This document shows, piece after piece, positions 58,270 to 64,000 of a stretch of 64,000 bases of DNA. The stretch's first letter is position 1, and every line of letters starts with the position of its first letter. A program made the position numbers and the translations under genes. The stretch comes from Myxococcales bacterium (GTDB lineage Bacteria; Myxococcota; Myxococcia; Myxococcales; 40CM-4-68-19). Below the pieces are notes generated by a model. It was not told where the DNA came from and made no database searches. It was given only the letters and a program-made list of their open reading frames with translations. The DNA lies in NCBI GenBank assembly GCA_036513415.1, contig DATBZA010000147.1:2452-66451 (forward strand), in the 5' to 3' direction.

Positions 58270-59127
58270 TTGAAGAAGGTCACCATCAATACGCTCCGCA
58301 AGATGAAGCAGGCCGGCGAGCGCATCACCATGCTCACGGCCTACGATGCCAGTTTTGCCCGCTTGCTCGATCGCGCCGGGACCGACGTGCTGCTCGTCGG
58401 CGATTCCCTGGGCATGGTCGTTCAAGGACACGACACGACGTTGCCGGTGACGATGGACCAGATGGTCTATCACTGCGCCGCCGTGAAGCGCGGGGTGCAG
58501 CGCGCGCATCTAGTGGCCGACATGCCTTTCGGGAGCTACCAGGGCACAGTCGACGAGGCGGTGAAGAACGCCGTCCGCCTGGTCGCGGAGGGCGGCGCCG
58601 AGAGCGTGAAGCTGGAGGGAGGCGCCGAGTACTCCGAGGTCGTCCAGCGGATCTCGCGCGCCGGCGTGCCCGTGATGGGGCACATCGGGCTCACTCCCCA
58701 GTCCGTGCACAAGCTCGGCGGCTACGTCGTCCAGGGCCGCACCGAGGAGAAGGCGCAGAAGCTGCTCGCGGACGCCCAGGCGCTGGAAGAGGCTGGCTGC
58801 TATGCGCTGATCCTGGAGATGATGCCCTCGGAGCTGTCAGCGGAGATCTCCCGCGCGGTCGGCATTCCTGTGATCGGGATTGGCGCGGGCGCCGGCTGCG
58901 ACGGGCAGGTGCTGGTCATCTACGACCTGCTGGGGATGAATCCGGACTTCTCGCCGAAATTCGTGAAGAAGTATCTCGACCTGGGTGTGCTGATCCGCGA
59001 CGCGGTCGCCCGTTACAACGACGAGGTGAAGCACGGCACGTTCCCGGGCCCCGAGCACAGCTTCGCGGCCGAGAAGGAGGCAGGCAAGTCCGCGCCGGTG
59101 CTGCAGCTCTATTCGAGCGTCAAATGA
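58270..59127 (+). CDS. panB: 3-methyl-2-oxobutanoate hydroxymethyltransferase
   Basis: [25 protein letters not shown] and KLEGG motifs. TTG start. Confidence 0.95.
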   Translation: MKKVTINTLRKMKQAGERITMLTAYDASFARLLDRAGTDVLLVGDSLGMVVQGHDTTLPVTMDQMVYHCAAVKRGVQRAHLVADMPFGSYQGTVDEAVKNAVRLVAEGGAESVKLEGGAEYSEVVQRISRAGVPVMGHIGLTPQSVHKLGGYVVQGRTEEKAQKLLADAQALEEAGCYALILEMMPSELSAEISRAVGIPVIGIGAGAGCDGQVLVIYDLLGMNPDFSPKFVKKYLDLGVLIRDAVARYNDEVKHGTFPGPEHSFAAEKEAGKSAPVLQLYSSVK

Positions 59128-59978
59128 GCCTGGGGGTGATCGCTACCGCGCACGACTTCCGCCGCGCCTGCCAGGAAGCGCGGCGGGACGGGGAGCTCGC
59201 GCTGGTTCCCACCATGGGGTACCTGCACGCGGGGCACCAGTCGCTGATCAGGGCGGCGGCGCAGCGCGCTCCCGCGGTGGCGGTCACCATCTTCGTGAAT
59301 CCGGCGCAGTTCGGTCCCGGCGAGGACCTCTCGCGCTATCCGCGCGACGTCGACGGCGACCTGCGCAAGTGCGAGGAGGCGGGCGCGACCTTCGTGTTCG
59401 CTCCCCGCGGAGCGGAGGAGATCTATCCGCCGGGCTTCCAGACCTACGTCGAGCCCGGCCCCCTCGCCGTGCCCCTCTGCGGGGAGAAGCGGCCGGGCCA
59501 CTTCCGCGGCGTGTGCACGGTGGTTGCCAAGCTGTTTGCGCTCAGCCGCGCGGATTGCGCGTTCTTCGGCGAGAAGGACTACCAGCAGCTCGCGGTCATC
59601 CGGCGGATGAACGCGGACCTCAATCTCGGCGTGGAGGTCATCGGCCGCCCGATCGTGCGCGAGAGCGACGGGGTCGCGATGTCGTCGCGCAACGCGTACC
59701 TCTCGCGCGAGGAGCGCCTGCGGGCCGCTGCTCTCTGGAAGGCGCTCAAGGCAGCGCGCGACGCCTTCACCGCCGGCGAGGTCCAGGTAGCGCGGTTGGA
59801 GGAGCTGGCCCGCCAGAAGCTGGCGGAGGACGAGGTGCGCGTCGACTACGCGGAGGTCCGCGATCCCATCGAGCTGCGGCGCGCTCAGAAGGCGGACCCG
59901 ATTTCCCGATTGTTCCTCGCCGCATTCCTCGGTAAGACCCGCCTCATCGACAACGGAGCGCTGGGCGAGCAGGGATGA
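59124..59978 (+). CDS. panC: pantoate--beta-alanine ligase
   Basis: [14 protein letters not shown] and FVNPAQFG motifs. ATGA overlap with panB. Confidence 0.95.
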   Translation: MSLGVIATAHDFRRACQEARRDGELALVPTMGYLHAGHQSLIRAAAQRAPAVAVTIFVNPAQFGPGEDLSRYPRDVDGDLRKCEEAGATFVFAPRGAEEIYPPGFQTYVEPGPLAVPLCGEKRPGHFRGVCTVVAKLFALSRADCAFFGEKDYQQLAVIRRMNADLNLGVEVIGRPIVRESDGVAMSSRNAYLSREERLRAAALWKALKAARDAFTAGEVQVARLEELARQKLAEDEVRVDYAEVRDPIELRRAQKADPISRLFLAAFLGKTRLIDNGALGEQG

Positions 59979-60439
59979 GCGAGAAGCACGTCAAGGTCAT
60001 CACAACCAACCGGAAGGCCCGCTTCGAGTACCACGTCGAGGCGAAGGTCGAGTGCGGCATCGCGCTCACCGGCACCGAGGTGAAGAGCCTGCGCGACGGC
60101 AGCGCGCAGCTCTCCGACGCGTACGCCATCCCCAAGAGCGGAGAGTTGTGGCTGCTGAACGCGCAGATCCCGCCGTACAAGCCGGCGGGCCCGCTGCAGA
60201 ACCACGACCCGAAGCGCACCCGCAAGCTGCTCCTGCACCGACGCGAGATCGACAAGCTGCACGAGCAGCAGCAGAGGGCCGGATACTCGCTGATCCCGCT
60301 CAGCCTCTACTTCAAGGACGGGCGGGTGAAGGTCGAGCTCGGCGTCTGCAAGGGGAAGACGGGCGTGGACAAGCGAGACGACATCGCCGAACGCGAGGCG
60401 AAGCGGGAGATGGATCGCGCGCGCAGGGGCCGCGGGTGA
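59975..60439 (+). CDS. smpB: SsrA-binding protein SmpB
   Basis: NRKARFEYHVE, GTEVKSLR and KLLLHRREIDKL motifs. Confidence 0.96.
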   Translation: MSEKHVKVITTNRKARFEYHVEAKVECGIALTGTEVKSLRDGSAQLSDAYAIPKSGELWLLNAQIPPYKPAGPLQNHDPKRTRKLLLHRREIDKLHEQQQRAGYSLIPLSLYFKDGRVKVELGVCKGKTGVDKRDDIAEREAKREMDRARRGRG

Positions 60440-61272
60440 AGGGAAGAGTGGTGCTCATCACCGGCGGAACGTCGGGGATCGGCCGCGTCACGGCGCGCGA
60501 GCTGAAACGGATGGGCGCCACCGTGGTGGTAGTCGGGCGCGACCCGGCCCGGCTCGACGACATCCGGCGGGAGATCGGGGCCGACACCATCCGGGCGGAT
60601 CTCCAACTCGTGAGCGAAGTCCGGCGCGCCGCTGACGAGCTCCGCCAGCGCTACCAGCGATTGCACGTGCTGGTGAACAACGCTGGAGCGCTGTTCGGGG
60701 ATCGCGAGGTCACGAGCGAAGGGCTCGAACGCACCTTCGCCCTGAACCACATGGCGTACTTCGCGCTGACGGCCGCGCTGTTGGACCTGCTGCGCGCCAG
60801 CGCGCCGGCCCGCGTCGTCACCGTTTCATCGGAAGCGGCGCGCGGCGGCAAGATCGAGCTCTCCGATCTGCAGATGGAGCGGCGCTACCTGGGCATCCGC
60901 CAGTACTGCAACACCAAGCTGATGAACTTGCTCTTCGCATTCGAGCTTGCGCGCCGCCTGCAGGGGACCGGCGTAACGTCGAATGCGGTGCACCCGGGCG
61001 CGATCGCGAGCGGATTCGCCATGCAGGGCGCGGGCTGGTACGGGGTGCTGACTCGCCTCGCGCGGCCGTTCCTGATCGGCGAAGTGAAGGGCGCGCGCAC
61101 GCAGATCCGGGTCGCGTCGGATCCCTCGCTCGAGACGGTGACCGGCAGGTATTTCGTTCGCGAGCGCGAGAAGCAGCCGCCCCGCGCTGCCCTCGATCAG
61201 GCGTTGGCTGGGCGACTGTGGGAAGAGAGCGAGCGGACTGCTGAACGGCTGGCCACCCGGCGCGCCGGATGA
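60436..61272 (+). CDS. SDR family oxidoreductase
   Basis: TGGTSGIGR, NNAG and YCNTK (YxxxK) motifs. GTGA overlap with smpB. Confidence 0.9.
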   Translation: MKGRVVLITGGTSGIGRVTARELKRMGATVVVVGRDPARLDDIRREIGADTIRADLQLVSEVRRAADELRQRYQRLHVLVNNAGALFGDREVTSEGLERTFALNHMAYFALTAALLDLLRASAPARVVTVSSEAARGGKIELSDLQMERRYLGIRQYCNTKLMNLLFAFELARRLQGTGVTSNAVHPGAIASGFAMQGAGWYGVLTRLARPFLIGEVKGARTQIRVASDPSLETVTGRYFVREREKQPPRAALDQALAGRLWEESERTAERLATRRAG

Positions 61273-61576
61273 GTCCGACGGTTTCGTAACCGCCACGGCG
61301 GGATCCTACGAGTTCGGCGGACCAGTGCGCAGAAGTCGCGCGCCGCGAACGCGCCACAAAGGGCGAAGCAACGCAGCGTCGAAGCGCTGGATGACATCTT
61401 CGGCGGCGCTGTCCAGCAAACGAACGAAAGTGTCGTGATCGCTGGCAGCGGCGGCTGGTGCCGCGCCGCGGCGCCCAGAGGAGAACCGGGGCCGGGGCTC
61501 CGAGGCTCACGCTGGAACCGCACTTGCAGAACAGGCCGTAGCGCCGGGGGCGCCGAAAGGAGGATTGAGTCGGGTA

Positions 61577-61670
61577 GCGGTCCGCATCGAAGACGCACCT
61601 CGCGAGCGCATCGCAGTCGGGGTCGACGCGGTAGCCTTGCACGCCTCAGGAGCTCTTCGATGCGGACCGC
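61577..61670. repeat. perfect 17-bp inverted repeat with a 60-nt spacer, just downstream of the 61690..62523 gene
   Basis: GCGGTCCGCATCGAAGA (61577..61593) and TCTTCGATGCGGACCGC (61654..61670). Confidence 0.7.
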
Positions 61671-61689
61671 GGTAGTTCGCGGGCCGAGC

Positions 61690-62523
61690 TCACCCGGATT
61701 TCACCAGCACGGGCTGCGAAACGACCTGCTTGGCCGATTCCAGGTATCGCGACCAGACGGACATGAGAGCCTGCACCAGCCCGGCCTCCTCGGTGTAGAA
61801 GGCGTACTCGGTCATGTGATCGCCGAAGCTGGGGATCGCGAACACGGCTTTCTCGCTGTCGACGATCCAGAGGTACATCGGCATCAGGCCGCGGTACTCC
61901 CAGCGGTCCGCGAAGCGCAGGTCGGCGTCCAGGGCGCGTTGCTGGCGCTCGAGCGACGCCTGCATGAACTGGGGCCGCGACTCCGACACCTGGCAGTTCT
62001 CCAGCTCCTCGTACATTCTGCGATTCCGCTGGAAGCCCCCCTTCTTGACGTACTCCTTCCAGCGGGAATCCGGATAGCGGTCCTGGAGCGCCTTCTCGCG
62101 CCCTGGGGCATCCAGGCAGAGAACCTGCACGCTGAGTGGATGACCGCGGCGGATGCGATCCGCCTTGCGATTCTCGATCGCTTTCACGTAGGCGCCGTAC
62201 CGGCCGCGGTCGCGCCAGGCGCCGTGGCCTGGAAAATCGGTGGCGATGAAGATCGACTCGCGCGCATCGGCGATGATGCGGTCGACTTCAGCCATGTACC
62301 CGGGGAACGCGCCGATCTCCTTGGTCGTCAAGTGGTCGAAAACGGAGCGCAGGTCCGTGGTCAGCTTGCGGCCGTCGCGGATGGAGAGGACCGCGAACAG
62401 CGTACCAAGGACGGCAAGGAACAGGCCGAGCATCTCGAACGGCGTGCGATTCGCGAGGTACCAGTCGTAGGCATGGATGAGTTTCTGGATGTACCAGGCT
62501 TGCGTCGAGCCCATGTGCGCCAT
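61690..62523 (-). CDS. hypothetical membrane-anchored protein, no family recognised
   Basis: 277 aa with a single N-terminal TM (FEMLGLFLAVLGTLFAVLSI) and a soluble ~210-aa domain. By eye it has more A/T-ending codons than its neighbours. Confidence 0.65.
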   Translation of the reverse strand: MAHMGSTQAWYIQKLIHAYDWYLANRTPFEMLGLFLAVLGTLFAVLSIRDGRKLTTDLRSVFDHLTTKEIGAFPGYMAEVDRIIADARESIFIATDFPGHGAWRDRGRYGAYVKAIENRKADRIRRGHPLSVQVLCLDAPGREKALQDRYPDSRWKEYVKKGGFQRNRRMYEELENCQVSESRPQFMQASLERQQRALDADLRFADRWEYRGLMPMYLWIVDSEKAVFAIPSFGDHMTEYAFYTEEAGLVQALMSVWSRYLESAKQVVSQPVLVKSG

Positions 62524-62586
62524 GCTAGCAGCGGGCGCAAGAAAGCCCGATGTGAGAGCGGGCGGGAGTATGTGGGCCCCCCCGGC

Positions 62587-62614
62587 TTGACGCGCCGCTC
62601 CCCCCGGTTATGTT
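62587..62614 (+). promoter_or_regulatory. sigma70-type promoter for ssrA
   Basis: TTGACG, 16 nt, TATGTT, ending about 20 nt before the mature tmRNA 5' end. Confidence 0.45.
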
Positions 62615-62633
62615 GTCTCCATCGGTACGTCAT

Positions 62634-62996
62634 GGGGGCGAACCGGTTTCGACGAGGGCAACGAACCTTTCGGCGCATGCAGGGGATGCCTGGACCTCTT
62701 CAAAAAACGGGCAACGCAACAAACGCCAACGACAACGTTGAGCTCGCGCTGGCCGCCTAAAACGGCTTAAGCACGCGGGACCCCGGAGCCCAGCTGATGG
62801 CGCCGGCAAGTCCCGTCAAAAAAGTCAGCTGGTCTTCCGTGGTGCTCCGACGGCGGAAGACGAGATTCATTCGGAGATGGTCCGGCGGGCAGGGGGCCCG
62901 TGCTCGATCCGCCGGATGACGACAAATCGCGGGACAAGCATGTAGCGCCAAAAAGGGGAGTGCTTTCGGACGCGGGTTCGATTCCCGCCGCCTCCA
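62634..62996 (+). ncRNA. ssrA: transfer-messenger RNA (tmRNA)
   Basis: 5' GGGGGCGAACCGGTTTCGACG pairs with 3' CGCCTCC-A, giving a 7-bp acceptor stem with a G3-U pair. T-arm GCGGGTTCGATTCCCGC. Internal tag reading frame ...ANDNVELALAA-TAA (62719..62760 region). Confidence 0.93.
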
Positions 62997-63026
62997 CTCA
63001 CTTTTTCACTCTACGACGCAGTGCGG

Positions 63027-63048
63027 CTGTAACGAGGACTGTAACGAG
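63027..63048. repeat. tandem 10-bp direct repeat next to the tmRNA 3' end (possible integrase arm-type or regulatory site)
   Basis: CTGTAACGAG-ga-CTGTAACGAG. Confidence 0.6.
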
Positions 63049-63050
63049 CC

Positions 63051-63317
63051 ATGCCTACCAAGCCGCCGCCGCTGATGACCGACCCGAATGACCTTGCGGA
63101 GTGGGATCGCCTGCACAAGGCACTCGATCCACTTCTGGAGGAGCACCAGGAGTTCCTCAAGAAGGGGAAGACGAAGACCGCCAAACCGGAGGACACGAAG
63201 GCCGCGTACGAGCGCAACAAGCAGATCAGCAGCCTTCGGGAGCAGCTTCAGGAACTCCGCGACAAGGTGTCCGTCGTCAAGCACGTCCTCAAGACGGGGA
63301 CGAAGAAGAAGAACTGA
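63051..63317 (+). CDS. small hypothetical protein (charged, coiled-coil-like, Lys-rich tail); island cargo
   Basis: 88 aa with a coding-like codon pattern, lying between ssrA and the integrase. Its 3' end overlaps the integrase 3' end antisense by 29 nt. Confidence 0.45.
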   Translation: MPTKPPPLMTDPNDLAEWDRLHKALDPLLEEHQEFLKKGKTKTAKPEDTKAAYERNKQISSLREQLQELRDKVSVVKHVLKTGTKKKN

Positions 63318-64000
63318 CCGACGCTCCGCGGTGCAGCTTCAGCGGCTGCACCTGAGCGCAGAGCTTCGACCACCCGAACGACGTGTACAACTCCATGACG
63401 TCCTGCCCGGGCGCGCCGTGCGTGCAGAGCCGCAGCACGTCCCGCTCGGCGCCGTCCTCGCGGAACAGCGTGATCCCGGTCCGCCTGAAATCGTGGAACC
63501 GGCGCAGTCGCTTCCCGAGCGCCGTGAGATCTTTCCGCAGCCGCTTGTAGCTGTCGTGGTCGGAGCGCATTCCGCCGAACTCGACGCGCGGCCCGCGGTT
63601 CGTCGGCCGCGAGTGCGGCACCACCAAGTCGTCCGGTGCCGGCGCCCGTCCCTGCTCGCGTGCCCAACCCGCAAGCTTCCACTCGGCGAGCATGGCTGCG
63701 AGCACCGGGTGCATCGGCATCCAGCGCTCCGCACCGGTCTTCGTGTCGCCCTGGTCGTAGCTCGTCAGCACGACGATCCGGCCGAGCGGTTCGAGCCCGA
63801 AAACGACATCGCGCCACCGCAGCCCTGCGGCCTCGCCGTGGCGCAGGCAGCCGACGCTGGCAAGCGCGTAGAGAACTCGCCGATCCTGCGGAATGCCTGG
63901 ATCGGAGATCAGTGCTTCGAGTTCCTCTCGTGAGAACACGGCACCGGCACGCCAGCCCTTCTTGCCGTCGCGCACCTTCCCAAGCTGAAAGTGGGTGAGA
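63289..64000 (-). CDS. tyrosine-type site-specific integrase (C-terminal catalytic part; N-terminus lies beyond the right edge)
   Basis: LRHGEAAGLRWRDV (catalytic Arg box), HDFRRTGITL (HxxR) and VMELYT (Tyr). The reading frame stays open to position 64000. Confidence 0.88.
   Translation of the reverse strand, partial: LTHFQLGKVRDGKKGWRAGAVFSREELEALISDPGIPQDRRVLYALASVGCLRHGEAAGLRWRDVVFGLEPLGRIVVLTSYDQGDTKTGAERWMPMHPVLAAMLAEWKLAGWAREQGRAPAPDDLVVPHSRPTNRGPRVEFGGMRSDHDSYKRLRKDLTALGKRLRRFHDFRRTGITLFREDGAERDVLRLCTHGAPGQDVMELYTSFGWSKLCAQVQPLKLHRGASVSSSSSSPS

Noticed and set aside
61197-61642. ORFs 60818..61642 and 61197..61598 (minus strand) as genes filling the gap after the SDR gene.
   Set aside because: They are Arg/Pro/Cys-rich with no motifs. 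The first overlaps the well-supported SDR gene antisense, and neither has a convincing start context.
62971-62996. A tRNA gene suggested by GGTTCGATTCCCGCC.
   Set aside because: It is the T-arm and acceptor 3' half of the tmRNA. The matching 5' half is 360 nt upstream and a tag ORF lies between. No independent tRNA was found in the window.
59975-62996. smpB and ssrA lying only 2.2 kb apart as a meaningful trans-translation island.
   Set aside because: They are separated by an unrelated SDR gene and the orphan gene and sit in different transcription units. The proximity is plausibly coincidental and is seen in other bacteria.

Overview
High-GC chromosomal segment (well above 65% G+C by eye) whose gene content and order look like Myxococcota (Anaeromyxobacter/Myxococcus-like). 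It is almost entirely housekeeping and cell-envelope genes, and I found no obvious complete new multi-gene system.

Gene content, left to right:
- The distal half of a type IV pilus (T4P) locus: a PilH-like ABC ATPase, pilD, a sensor kinase, then an ~8 kb glycosyltransferase/methyltransferase block, a sigma54 response regulator, and pilMNOPQ.
- A lipoprotein, a 66-aa ORF, an MglC-like roadblock protein, efp-accB-accC, and an SgmX-like TPR protein.
- An ExeA-like AAA ATPase, TamB, and a 1012-aa Omp85 protein.
- A convergent tolQ-tolR-tolA-like-tolB operon, then murI.
- ftsE-ftsX, an M23 (EnvC-like) peptidase and an S41 peptidase.
- A processive GT2 synthase with an NDP-sugar pyrophosphorylase.
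- A lipid kinase with a DUF192-MsrA fusion, trmL, and two DUF4388 proteins (one with a J domain, one with a receiver domain).
- tsaD-rsmA, aldehyde dehydrogenase plus a tautomerase, a deoxynucleoside kinase, panB-panC-smpB, and an SDR.
- An orphan membrane-anchored protein, then tmRNA (ssrA), followed by the left edge of an integrase-bearing island that runs off the window.

Most unusual signals:
1. A ~1 kb non-coding repeat nest (13.0-14.0 kb) between the sigma54 regulator and pilM. It is bounded by ~37-bp direct repeats and holds two families of inverted-repeat elements that recur elsewhere in the window. It also has a ~310-bp tandem duplication and three copies of a 29-bp palindrome.
2. A periplasmic-type glycosylation module splitting the kinase/regulator pair inside the pilus locus.
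3. An in-frame DUF192-MsrA fusion.
4. The ssrA-integrase junction and a family-less, compositionally atypical gene beside ssrA.

Many long ORFs in the six-frame track are antisense or off-frame artefacts of the high G+C content and are not reported as genes. All family assignments come from motifs read by eye. No database search was run.
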